Shown here piece after piece: positions 20,210 to 29,905 of a stretch of DNA of 64,000 bases (positions are counted from its first letter, which is position 1; each line of letters opens with the position of its first letter). The notes beneath the pieces were generated by a model. That model did no database searches. It saw only the letters and a list, made by a program, of their open reading frames with translations, and was not told where the DNA came from. The DNA lies in NCBI GenBank assembly GCA_963664325.2, contig CAXXDQ010000007.1, positions 768,001 to 832,000 of the forward strand, given 5' to 3'. Source of the stretch: Desulfomonilia bacterium (GTDB lineage: Bacteria > Desulfobacterota > Desulfomonilia > UBA1062). Position numbers and translations under genes: made by a program.

Positions 20210-21493
20210 TTAGAAATAAACCCTTCCCAGCAGATACACCGACCTGGGATAAAGGCCAAATTCGGATTTGACGTTTAAGCCCTGGCTGAACATATCGAAG
20301 GAAGAGGTTTCTCCATATGGGATTGTCCCGCCGAGGATAAGCTCGGCCTCATCGCTTAAACTGTAAATAACGCCTGGGCCGAACAGGATGGAGCCGTCAT
20401 CGAGGTTTGCAATCAAAGCGCCCTGGAGAGTGAAAAGTGGAGATGGTTCGCCCTGAACGAGGATCCCGGCATAATTCATGCCCAGATACGGGTCCATGAT
20501 ATCGGGGTTGTTTAATGCGCGCTCCATATATTCATCGGGATTGGATTTTCCGTTCCCATGATAAAAATATTCAAGGATTACATGAATCGAATTCTCCCAC
20601 TTTTTGTCTACCCCGGCCGAAATCTGGAAGAAGTCGGCATGAGCATCCCCTTCGGTCGGATGGGAATAGTTGCCTTCAAGCCTCATACCCAGTCCAAGGG
20701 CTTCCGCATTCAGAGTCATCCCGACAAGCCTCCTGGTGTCGGTCTTGCCTGCAATCACAGAGACATCTATGCTTTTTACATTCATGCCGCCGCGCAGGAT
20801 TGCAGCAGATTTCTCCCATGAAGGGTTATTGCCGTCATATCCTGCAACGCCAATGGCGGAAATCACAGAAAGTTCTGTAATGTCATAATCGAAGCGCAAT
20901 GCATCAACCCCGGGTCTGAATTCACGGTCAACAGCGGTCGCGGAGAAAGGGTAGAAAACATCGTTTGGCGTGAAGAGGAAATTATTGGCAAGGCTTACAG
21001 GCTGTCTGCCAGCAGTCATATTCGATTGGGCCGTATGATATTTGACGCTCAACTGGTCAATATCGCCGCATATCAGAGAGCTGTCGGTCTGTGTTATTTC
21101 CCAGTACAGCTGAGGATAGCGGTACGGGCTGTCCTGCTGATTATTGTAATTTGAAAAGTATCTCTGTTCATTCGAGCTTGCATAGATATACCCGTTGAAA
21201 TCCAGGCGCGTATTATCATCAATTGTCGAATCGAGCAGAAGCCTCGAAGTTGCGCTGTTGAAACCCTCGGTGTCTTTGGGATAAATTATTTCCGGCTGCG
21301 GGTAATGTGTAAAACCGCTCATTAAATCAACTGCCAGCCTTCCCCTGAAATTGGAATTTTCCCCCTTGTACTCGTAAAAGGCGTGCAGCGGCCTTGAATA
21401 TGAAAAAAACAGCATGCTCACAAAAACAATGAATAGTATTTTCTTGTTTTTGTTCTGATTCCTGACTCCTGACTCCTGGCTCCTTCTTTTCAT
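20210..21493 (-). CDS. outer membrane beta-barrel protein, uncharacterised
   Basis: Signal peptide, amphipathic beta strands, GRQPV..N.LFTPND and RPGVDALR motifs, C-terminal ..RVYF; last gene of the Lol-like ABC operon. Confidence 0.75.
   Translation of the reverse strand: MKRRSQESGVRNQNKNKKILFIVFVSMLFFSYSRPLHAFYEYKGENSNFRGRLAVDLMSGFTHYPQPEIIYPKDTEGFNSATSRLLLDSTIDDNTRLDFNGYIYASSNEQRYFSNYNNQQDSPYRYPQLYWEITQTDSSLICGDIDQLSVKYHTAQSNMTAGRQPVSLANNFLFTPNDVFYPFSATAVDREFRPGVDALRFDYDITELSVISAIGVAGYDGNNPSWEKSAAILRGGMNVKSIDVSVIAGKTDTRRLVGMTLNAEALGLGMRLEGNYSHPTEGDAHADFFQISAGVDKKWENSIHVILEYFYHGNGKSNPDEYMERALNNPDIMDPYLGMNYAGILVQGEPSPLFTLQGALIANLDDGSILFGPGVIYSLSDEAELILGGTIPYGETSSFDMFSQGLNVKSEFGLYPRSVYLLGRVYF
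21453..21484 (-). repeat. heptamer tandem repeat (CAGGAGT-like) in the N-terminal coding region
   Basis: Minus strand reads AGGAGCCAGGAGTCAGGAGTCAGGAATCAGAA, encoding RSQESGVRNQ. Confidence 0.6.
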
Positions 21494-21549
21494 ATGTTTT
21501 TTCCCTTATTCATCTCAGCCTGACAGCCGTCGTCCTGTCATCCGATTTT

Positions 21550-22245
21550 CTATTCCACCCTCCTGTCCTCGGCAATTTCCCCGTCCTTCATCATGATAAG
21601 CCTGTGCGCACGTTCCATTACCCTCGGGTCATGTGTTGAGAAAATAAATGTGGAGTCGTGTTCATGATTGAGATGCTCCATCAGCACAAGCAGAGACTCG
21701 GCTGTCCTGGAATCCACATTGGCGGTAGGTTCGTCGGCCAGTATCAGCGCTGGCTCCGATACAACAGCCCGTGCTATTGCAACGCGCTGCTGCTGTCCTC
21801 CCGAAAGCTGGTTCGGCCTGCGGTTAGCCATGTCAGCCATGCCTACTTCATCGAGAATGGTCATCACCCTGTTTCTTCTTTCCTTATCCGGGATACCCTG
21901 AAGAACAAGCACAAACTCTGCGTTTTCATAAGCAGTAAGTACAGGAATAAGATTGTAGGCCTGAAATACAATTCCTATGCGGTTCATCCTCATTTTTGAA
22001 AGATCGGATTTTGACATCCGGGCTATATTCCTCCCTTCGACCTCGATCTTTCCCGAGCTCGGAGTATCGAGCGCCCCTATCAGGTTAAGGGCGGTGGTCT
22101 TGCCCGAGCCTGACGGGCCGCAAAGCGCAGCGAACTCGCCTTTGTTCACAGATAGGGATATGCCGTTAAGGGCATATGTCTCGACATCGCCTGTCTTGTA
22201 TACCTTTTTCACGTCCTGAAGCCTGACTATCTCTTCATTCATCAT
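21550..22245 (-). CDS. ABC transporter ATP-binding protein (LolD/MacB-like)
   Basis: [29 protein letters not shown]. Confidence 0.95.
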   Translation of the reverse strand: MMNEEIVRLQDVKKVYKTGDVETYALNGISLSVNKGEFAALCGPSGSGKTTALNLIGALDTPSSGKIEVEGRNIARMSKSDLSKMRMNRIGIVFQAYNLIPVLTAYENAEFVLVLQGIPDKERRNRVMTILDEVGMADMANRRPNQLSGGQQQRVAIARAVVSEPALILADEPTANVDSRTAESLLVLMEHLNHEHDSTFIFSTHDPRVMERAHRLIMMKDGEIAEDRRVE

Positions 22246-22255
22246 ATCTCCACCT

Positions 22256-23488
22256 TTAAATAATCTTTATGGTATCCACTGGGTTCGTCTTGGCCGCCAG
22301 GTATGCGGGATACAAGCCTGTTGTCATGATAAGGATCAATATCGCACCGATTATATTCCTGAGATGTCTGGGAAGGATGGCCGCCTTTACAAGCGGTTCG
22401 AAAAGAACGCCTCCGACAGTGTTGTCTCCTGCTGTAAGGAAGGATGAGAAGTCTATTCCGTAAACATGTATATACCAGTAAACCGGGGCGGTAAGGATAA
22501 AACCAGCAATCAATCCCACGACTGCAAGCCAGAACGCCTCGGCCATGATAAGGCTTATGATCTTCCCGGGCGTCATGCCCATTGATATCATTATTCCGAA
22601 TTCGCGCATCCTTTCCGTTACCCCCATCAGTATCGTATTAAGAATCCCTGCTGCAATCACAAGAAAAATGAATACCTGGAAAATTATCGATGAGGTCATG
22701 TCCATAGTCATGTAACCGAAGAAATCAGGCATGAGTACGGACCACGGCAGTGAAACCCCGCCGTAGTTTTTTGATATCTTCATCATTTTTTCAGCGATTT
22801 TTTCCGAATCCCACCTTTGCTTGATGAATACTGCGACATGGCTTGATTCCCCCGGGTTATAACCGATTTGTGAACGCACATAACCAATCGGCATGATAAC
22901 AAGATTGTTATCGGCCTCACTGACGCTTGTTGTAAAAATTCCCGAAACCTTTACCAGAAAGTTGACAACCTGGCCATGCCTGTCCGTGGTTGTGATAACC
23001 AGTTTCTTTCCGGGCCTTAAATCGAGCTGTTTGGCCATTAAAGACCCTATAAGGGCGTAGGCGCCGTCTTCGGGGAGTTTGGAGCCTGCTTTTATATGCT
23101 TGAAGAAATACATGGTGTCGTTTTCTTTAAGCGGATCTATTGCAATAAAGCCCATGCCGGTTGAATCAATGGCCGTCGCAGCCATTCCCTGTCCTACGAT
23201 CCTTTCACGGCAGGCCGTTACCCCTTTGAAAGAAGTAAGTTTCCTCATAAGCTCGCCGGTATTTGATATGACTTTGTCGGTTCCGGGATGATCCCTGTAA
23301 TCGGCCGGTTCAACCGTAATGTGCCCTGATGCCATGTCCGCGGCAATATCGATCATCCTTCCGTATGAGCCATCGGAAAGGCTTGTAAAGACGATTGTAA
23401 GCAGAATCCCGAATGCAATCGAAGTGGCGGTGATTACGGTTCTGCGTTTGTTGCGCCACAGGTTTCTCCAGGCGAGTTTTAAAATCAT
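22256..23488 (-). CDS. ABC transporter permease (LolC/E, MacB/FtsX type)
   Basis: LAWRNLWRNKRR, periplasmic domain, ERMREFGI FtsX motif. Confidence 0.92.
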   Translation of the reverse strand: MILKLAWRNLWRNKRRTVITATSIAFGILLTIVFTSLSDGSYGRMIDIAADMASGHITVEPADYRDHPGTDKVISNTGELMRKLTSFKGVTACRERIVGQGMAATAIDSTGMGFIAIDPLKENDTMYFFKHIKAGSKLPEDGAYALIGSLMAKQLDLRPGKKLVITTTDRHGQVVNFLVKVSGIFTTSVSEADNNLVIMPIGYVRSQIGYNPGESSHVAVFIKQRWDSEKIAEKMMKISKNYGGVSLPWSVLMPDFFGYMTMDMTSSIIFQVFIFLVIAAGILNTILMGVTERMREFGIMISMGMTPGKIISLIMAEAFWLAVVGLIAGFILTAPVYWYIHVYGIDFSSFLTAGDNTVGGVLFEPLVKAAILPRHLRNIIGAILILIMTTGLYPAYLAAKTNPVDTIKII

Positions 23489-23498
23489 TGCCTTTTCC

Positions 23499-24725
23499 TC
23501 ATGTGTAGTGGATGGCCGTGACCGGATCAAGCCTTGCAGCCCTCACTGCCGGTATAGTACCGGCTGACAGCGAAAATACGAATAAGGCTGCGAGCGGTGT
23601 CAGGATATCAAAGGCCGACAGGTAGGAAAAGAGGGCTATATTTACTGCTACCCCTGATATAGTTCCCCCTTCGACCAGTGCGGAGAGGTCAATGCCGTAT
23701 GTCTGGAGGCTTATTGCCAGAGGTATTCCGAACGCCATGCCGATAACGGCTGCCGCCGTTGTCTGGACAAGTATTTCCATGATCACCATATTAAAAATAT
23801 CAAACGGTGTCACGCCCAGAGCCTTCATCATGCCGTATTCGCGGATACGTTCAAAAACAGCCATAAGCATTGCATTGAGTATTACAATGGAAATCGCTAT
23901 GAAGGTAATAACTATCAAAAAGACCATGACGACCTGAAACAGATTGATGATGTTTGCCAGCGCCGGGTTAAGAATCTGCCATGACCTGATGTCCTGGCCC
24001 CTGCATATTTTTTTCACAATGTCTATTGCGGAATCCAGATCATATCCCGGAGGTATCATGACGGCAATTTCATGTGCCCCCTCCGGTATTACCATAAGGT
24101 TCCGGAACGTGATTATCGGCATGATAAATCCGGCCCGGTCGGTTATTTCATTGACCGATTTGAGAATGCCTCTTACCCTGAACAGATCATTTGCAATTGA
24201 TCCGTCAGCCGCCTGTGAGACTATGACGATTTCATCACCGATCTTTGCAGACAGGTTGTTTGCAAGCCTTTTACCGATTACAACCCCTTTGGGATCAGTA
24301 CTGTCCAGCCATTTTCCTTCCATCAGCTGCCGCGGCATTATAAACGCCCAGTTTTCGGCAGCCGGGTCCACCCCTTCTATCAGGACACCGGCGGAGGATT
24401 CATCTTTTGCAGCAAGACCGCTTGAAAACAGCCTCGACACTGCCCTGAACCCATGAGAATCAATGGCCCTGACATAATCATCAGGGTCACTCATTATCTT
24501 GTAAACAGACCTTGTTTCAAGGTATTTCGGGGCATGCACCTGAATACTTCCCATCTGCATGGAAACGGCATTATCGGCAATGCTTCTGTTAAAGCCGTCC
24601 ATAAGGCTGAGGTAAATGATCATAACTCCCAGCGCAAAAGCCATTGCCAGCGTGGTTATGGCGCTCCTGCGTTTTGCCCTGAGGACATTCCTCAGTGAAA
24701 GCTTAAATATGCTTCCCGGCTTCAA
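23499..24725 (-). CDS. ABC transporter permease (LolC/E, MacB/FtsX type)
   Basis: LRNVLRAKRRS, ERIREYGMMKALG, PAVRAARLDPV. Confidence 0.92.
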   Translation of the reverse strand: MKPGSIFKLSLRNVLRAKRRSAITTLAMAFALGVMIIYLSLMDGFNRSIADNAVSMQMGSIQVHAPKYLETRSVYKIMSDPDDYVRAIDSHGFRAVSRLFSSGLAAKDESSAGVLIEGVDPAAENWAFIMPRQLMEGKWLDSTDPKGVVIGKRLANNLSAKIGDEIVIVSQAADGSIANDLFRVRGILKSVNEITDRAGFIMPIITFRNLMVIPEGAHEIAVMIPPGYDLDSAIDIVKKICRGQDIRSWQILNPALANIINLFQVVMVFLIVITFIAISIVILNAMLMAVFERIREYGMMKALGVTPFDIFNMVIMEILVQTTAAAVIGMAFGIPLAISLQTYGIDLSALVEGGTISGVAVNIALFSYLSAFDILTPLAALFVFSLSAGTIPAVRAARLDPVTAIHYT

Positions 24726-24727
24726 TC

Positions 24728-25477
24728 CTACCTCCTCAGTTCAGCTAACGAAAAAAATCCTTTTTTAAATTTTACACCGAAAGTCAACTCGTCATAAATG
24801 ACTTCGGTATATTCACCGGGTTTATCCAGGGGAGTCATTGTAAGCCTTGTCGGTAAGAGCCTTCCCGATATGGTCTTGTAGTCTGAACACGTCAGAATTC
24901 TCACTACATTTCCATCTTCGTCGTAATATGTATTTTTTATTGGCTGCCAGTCCGAGGCGCGAACTGCAGCAATAATCTTGCCCCACACAACCGGAGCATT
25001 GGGTTTGGGAGTAAGCGTTATTTCGACAACATCCTGGGAGTCGCGTTTACCCTGAAAGGTGATCTTGAAATTATAATCTTCTGCAAGCCTGCTTTCTTTC
25101 ACAAGATCGTCATTATTGAAGTGGCTGCCCATCCATGAGCCCATCATCATGGCCGCAGTCAGTTTTATCGTCCTGTCTGTCTTGGGAAGGTAATTATATA
25201 TCTCGTCAAAAATTTTCAGCGTGGCCGTTCCCTGCTCCTTCAAAGGCTGAAGCAGCTTTACAAGTGAATAATCTTTTCCCTGAGAGTAAACGTCCATTGT
25301 CAGAGACCGTTTCCAGTTTGCCGTTTTGACATTCATGGTTATTTTCCCCTTAGATGAAGTTCCGCGCCAGAGGTCGTCCTGTTTGGCTAGTATTTCACGG
25401 GCATCAGGGGCCTTTGCCCCCATGACAACCGGCAGAAGTACTGCTGTAACAAGCAGAGCCAGCCTTCCGATCTTCAT
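24728..25477 (-). CDS. LolA-like outer membrane lipoprotein-sorting protein
   Basis: Signal peptide, GTATLK, WMGSHFNNDDL signature. Confidence 0.85.
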   Translation of the reverse strand: MKIGRLALLVTAVLLPVVMGAKAPDAREILAKQDDLWRGTSSKGKITMNVKTANWKRSLTMDVYSQGKDYSLVKLLQPLKEQGTATLKIFDEIYNYLPKTDRTIKLTAAMMMGSWMGSHFNNDDLVKESRLAEDYNFKITFQGKRDSQDVVEITLTPKPNAPVVWGKIIAAVRASDWQPIKNTYYDEDGNVVRILTCSDYKTISGRLLPTRLTMTPLDKPGEYTEVIYDELTFGVKFKKGFFSLAELRR

Positions 25478-25735
25478 ATCCCCTCCCGTTGAAGGTAACC
25501 CTTATTTGATAATCGATAAAATATCTTTTTTTATGAAGATTTGCCAATTTTAAAATTTTAGCCCCACCCAATTTCTTTTCATTCTGCATGAGGCTTCCCA
25601 TAGGATCTGTTGGAACGTCTACCCTATGGTTCTTCCCCGGCTGATCATTTCAGTTCGGAAAGCTCTTGTGGATCCCGTTGATATTTCTTCAGGCTGTTAC
25701 TTGTTTAATTATTAACAGGGATATTATTCCTTTTA

Positions 25736-27955
25736 CTATTTTGCGCACTGTTTATCATCGATTATCTTTTTCAGCATGCCGGCAAGGTTATCGATCCTGT
25801 ATGGTTTCTGGATAAAACCTGAAAGGCCTTTTTCCGGAAAACGCCGTAATACATCCTGTTCGTTGAAACCGCTGCTGATAATGACACTCACGTCAGGTTT
25901 GAGCATGAGCATTTCACGATAGGCCTCATCACCGCCCATATGCGGCATTGTAAGGTCAAGAATAACACAGATAATTTTATCCCTGTTCGCACTGAACACC
26001 TTAAGGGCTTCCTTCCCGTCTGCGGCAAGGATAACATCAAATCCCATATCCTCAAGTATCTGATGGCCCAGAGATCTTATAGGTTCCTCGTCATCAACAA
26101 GCAGCACGGTGCCGCTTGCTTTCCAGAGACTCTCCTGTTTCCCCTTTTCTTCGGATATAAAATCCGCAGGTCTTGCAGTGACAGGCAACAGGACCTTGAA
26201 GACTGTCCCCCTGCCCGGCTCGCTTGATATCATCAGCCCTCCCCTGTGGCTTTTAACAATACCCTGCACTGCAGAAAGTCCGAGCCCCCTGCCTATGAAC
26301 TTTGTAGAAAAAAACGGATCAAATATCTTTGACAAAGTCTCACGGTCCATACCACAACCTGTGTCTTCAACCTGCAGATACACATAATGTCCAGCCGAGA
26401 TATCATCCTGCATTTTATTTTCAATCAGGAACCTGCTGTCGCATTCCTGAATACCTGTGGATAAATTAATAACACCGCTTCTGTCTCCTAATGCTTCGGA
26501 CGCATTTATTACCAGGTTCATTATGATCTGTTGCATCTGTGCCGAATCAACCTCTATTGAAGGCAGCCCTTTCGCCAGGTTATAATTCAATACGGCCTTT
26601 TTGGAGATCGACACATCGAGCATGTTGGCCATTTCCCGTACCATTTCCGAAAGGTCAACCGGCCTGATCACAAACAGGCCTTTACCCGAATATGCCAGCA
26701 TCTGCCTGCAGATTTCGGCCGCCCTTAATGAAGCTCTGTTTATGTTTTCCAGTCTCTGCTTTGCAGGAGATTCCTCAGCGACGTCCTTCAGGGCAAGTTC
26801 AGAATTACCCAGGATAACCATGAGGATATTGTTGAAGTCATGTGCGATGCCGCCTGCAAGTATACCTATGGATTCCAGCTTCTGTGAATGATGAAGCTGT
26901 ATTTCAAACTTTTTCTGCTCTTCTTCAGCCCTTTTCAGTTCGGTAATATCTGCAATGCTGGAAAGGATATTCCGTTGGTCATTAATTGTTATGACTTCAG
27001 CAGAAAACAAGCCAGTGATTGTCTCACCCGATTCCTTGTGAAATAGAAATTCTTTTCCTCTTAAACTCTTGTTTTTGAGGAGTTCCTTGAGAACATAGGC
27101 GCGATCACTTTCATTAACCCAGAGTTTAAGCTCCAAGGTTGTCTTTCCGATAGCCTTATCACGGCTGAACCCTGTGATCTGCAGAAATCCTTCATTGACG
27201 TCGAGGATACGTCCATTGACAAAGTCTGTAAGCGTTAGGGCATAGGGAGCGGACCTGAATGAGGTCTCGAATTTTGCCTCGGCCTCTTGAAGTTCATTTT
27301 GCGTACGCTGAGAATTAACAAATAAAAGGCTTATTCCAAGTCCGATGTTAAAGACCGGGGTAATAAAGAATAAAAGGATATTGAAGAAAACAGGGTCAAG
27401 CATGCTGTATTGAGGCATTAATAACCAGAATGCGGACCGGAACATGATTACCAGTCCCCATGCAATATTGATCAAGGCTACAGAATAATACAGTTTGTTC
27501 GTTTTCCTGGCTTTACCCAAAAATACGGCTGCCGTGAAAATAAAGACGGATAACATGGCTATGGAAAAAATAAAATTTCTTAACGCCACAGCATCTTTAA
27601 CGACCAGATAATAGCTCATTATTGCCAGTGTAATAACAGGCAGCAGGTAAAAAGGCTTCCAGAGTTTCCTTCCGAGAACAAATCTGAAAGTGCCGTCAAG
27701 CCTTACGACAATGGCAAGAATGAGCAGGAAATTCTGCAGGAAAAAAAATATGAAAGAAAACAGAGCGCTTGACATTACGGCAGTAATTCCCCTAGCCGCC
27801 ATCGAGACATAGGCAATAAAGATAATCAGTGCCCCTGCCTTCCAGTAACAGAATCCGTCATAGGTCTTCTGGGTCTGTCCATAGAATATGAACATCATCC
27901 ATATGCTGAAGCTCACAACCGCTTCACTCATAACAAGGGTGTTAATATCAACCAT
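25736..27955 (-). CDS. hybrid sensor histidine kinase (multi-TM, PAS, HisKA, HATPase, REC)
   Basis: About 7 TM segments, PAS, LAGGIAHDFNN H-box, NLVINA, FFSTK..GRGLGL, VLLVDDE/DLTMP receiver. Confidence 0.95.
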   Translation of the reverse strand: MVDINTLVMSEAVVSFSIWMMFIFYGQTQKTYDGFCYWKAGALIIFIAYVSMAARGITAVMSSALFSFIFFFLQNFLLILAIVVRLDGTFRFVLGRKLWKPFYLLPVITLAIMSYYLVVKDAVALRNFIFSIAMLSVFIFTAAVFLGKARKTNKLYYSVALINIAWGLVIMFRSAFWLLMPQYSMLDPVFFNILLFFITPVFNIGLGISLLFVNSQRTQNELQEAEAKFETSFRSAPYALTLTDFVNGRILDVNEGFLQITGFSRDKAIGKTTLELKLWVNESDRAYVLKELLKNKSLRGKEFLFHKESGETITGLFSAEVITINDQRNILSSIADITELKRAEEEQKKFEIQLHHSQKLESIGILAGGIAHDFNNILMVILGNSELALKDVAEESPAKQRLENINRASLRAAEICRQMLAYSGKGLFVIRPVDLSEMVREMANMLDVSISKKAVLNYNLAKGLPSIEVDSAQMQQIIMNLVINASEALGDRSGVINLSTGIQECDSRFLIENKMQDDISAGHYVYLQVEDTGCGMDRETLSKIFDPFFSTKFIGRGLGLSAVQGIVKSHRGGLMISSEPGRGTVFKVLLPVTARPADFISEEKGKQESLWKASGTVLLVDDEEPIRSLGHQILEDMGFDVILAADGKEALKVFSANRDKIICVILDLTMPHMGGDEAYREMLMLKPDVSVIISSGFNEQDVLRRFPEKGLSGFIQKPYRIDNLAGMLKKIIDDKQCAK

Positions 27956-28160
27956 AAAAATTTCATCTCCTGTATGATGAATGTCCCGTATTCCCAAACC
28001 AAAGGCTTTTTACGTCTGTCCGAGTCCCGGTAAAACTGAGCCTGTCTGATTCTTTCCTTAATAATATCGGCTTACAAAGCCAAAATATTTAAAATATTTT
28101 CCTTTTTATGAGGGCCGCGGTTTTATTCCGACTAATGATTCCTGTCCTACGGGTGCCTTA

Positions 28161-28772
28161 TCATATTGATTTCACTGTCCACAAAGCCGTTACGATTACT
28201 GCCAGAACAGGAAATATCACATAGAATATGCCTTTGGGCTTGGGGATTGGAATTTTCAAAACGAAAAAGAAGGCAGCAAGCACATAAGCGATGCGTATGC
28301 ACAAGGTATAAACCGGCCCGGCCGTAACAAATTCAAGCAGGTAAACGAGCGGAAATATCAATGCTGAAAATGTGACGGGCAGGCCCGTATAGAACTTGAC
28401 CGGCCCCTCACCAGTGAGACCTGTAACATTGAAATAAGCCAGCCTCATGGAGGCGGCGCAGCAATAAACAGTCAGTATTATATAATCCACAGGTGCATTG
28501 AAACCCGAGTGCAGTGCAATCATTGCAGGAGCCGCCCCGAAATTGACAGCATCATTGATTGAATCGATCTGGACGCCAAATGCCTTCTCCTCCTCGCTTA
28601 AGTCGAATTTGCGGGCAACAAATCCATCGAACAGATCGAATATGCCGGCCCATATCAGGCACACCATTGCATACCCGGTATATCCGTTAAAAGAGAACAT
28701 GCACGAGGCCATCCCTAAAACCAGCGCTATAAACGTAAGGACCGTCGGGAGGTTATAGAATCCTACCAGCAT
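28161..28772 (-). CDS. pssA: CDP-alcohol phosphatidyltransferase (phosphatidylserine synthase-like)
   Basis: DLFDGFVAR...FGVQIDSIND, RLAYFN, FYTGLP. Confidence 0.85.
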   Translation of the reverse strand: MLVGFYNLPTVLTFIALVLGMASCMFSFNGYTGYAMVCLIWAGIFDLFDGFVARKFDLSEEEKAFGVQIDSINDAVNFGAAPAMIALHSGFNAPVDYIILTVYCCAASMRLAYFNVTGLTGEGPVKFYTGLPVTFSALIFPLVYLLEFVTAGPVYTLCIRIAYVLAAFFFVLKIPIPKPKGIFYVIFPVLAVIVTALWTVKSI

Positions 28773-28879
28773 AATTCACTCCTTATAATACGTCTGTCTT
28801 TGGCAGATATTAAAGGTATCGGATTATTCAACGCTAAAGTTGACTGCTACTGGGAAATCATAAAAAGATCGTATAAGGA

Positions 28880-29905
28880 TCAAATAATACCATATTCGGA
28901 GAGTTCGCTTTTAAGGTAGGCATAATAAATCGGCGCGGCAACAACCCCGGAAATCCCGAAAGCGGCTTCCATGACTATCATGGTGACAAGAAGTTCCCAT
29001 GCCCTTGAATTGATCTGGGTACCCACTATCCTGGCATTCAGAAAATACTCCAGCTTGTGGATGACGATCAGGAATACGAGTGAAGATATGGCGACTCCGA
29101 GCGATATGCTCATGCTGACTATTACAATGACGGTGTTTGATATGAGATTGCCTATGATCGGGATAAGACCGACGACAAAGGTCAGGGCGACAAGAGTTTT
29201 GGCAAATGGCAGGTGAATACCGATAACAGGCAATGCAACCCCAATATACAGCCATGTGAAGAATGAGTTCAATGCGGAGATCCTCACCTGCGCAAAAACA
29301 ATGCGCCTGAAGGCAAGATGAAACATGTAAACCCTCCTGCGCAATGCCCCTGTAAAGGGTTTGCCTGACGGGCCGGGTGATACTTCGCTAAGGGACACTA
29401 TGCCACCTATTATCATGCCTATCAGGACCATGGCTGCTCCCCGGGCTGCCTGTTTTCCAGCCATCGGCAGTTCATACGCATGTTCGTTAAGCCATGTGAT
29501 TGCAGACTGTTTCATGCTCTCGGCATCCTGCGGGATATATTTCATAAGCCAGTCTGGGATAAGTCTGTGTGGTCCGCCGATAATTTCGGCCATTTTTCTG
29601 AACAGCTCAGAGACATTGCCTGATCCGCTTCTCAGAAACGAGATTGCACCCCATGAAACAGCAATAAGAATTGCAATTACAATGATCGATAATAACGCTA
29701 CAACCATGACCCTTGCTCGCCCGCCGCTGAGATGCCTGCTCGTTACATAGGGAGAGAGACTGTGTACGATTTCATAAACCAGGAAACCTGCGATAAGGGC
29801 CCCTAGCAGATGCAGTCTCAGCACAAAGAACAGCATCAGGCCAGCCAGAATCCAGGCTGTTATGTCATAACCTGTGGGACGTCCGCTTTTTACGATATCG
29901 GTCAT
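28880..29905 (-). CDS. AI-2E family transporter
   Basis: Hydrophobic; AQVRIS, IPIIGNLISN, HKLEYFLNARIVG. Confidence 0.88.
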   Translation of the reverse strand: MTDIVKSGRPTGYDITAWILAGLMLFFVLRLHLLGALIAGFLVYEIVHSLSPYVTSRHLSGGRARVMVVALLSIIVIAILIAVSWGAISFLRSGSGNVSELFRKMAEIIGGPHRLIPDWLMKYIPQDAESMKQSAITWLNEHAYELPMAGKQAARGAAMVLIGMIIGGIVSLSEVSPGPSGKPFTGALRRRVYMFHLAFRRIVFAQVRISALNSFFTWLYIGVALPVIGIHLPFAKTLVALTFVVGLIPIIGNLISNTVIVIVSMSISLGVAISSLVFLIVIHKLEYFLNARIVGTQINSRAWELLVTMIVMEAAFGISGVVAAPIYYAYLKSELSEYGII

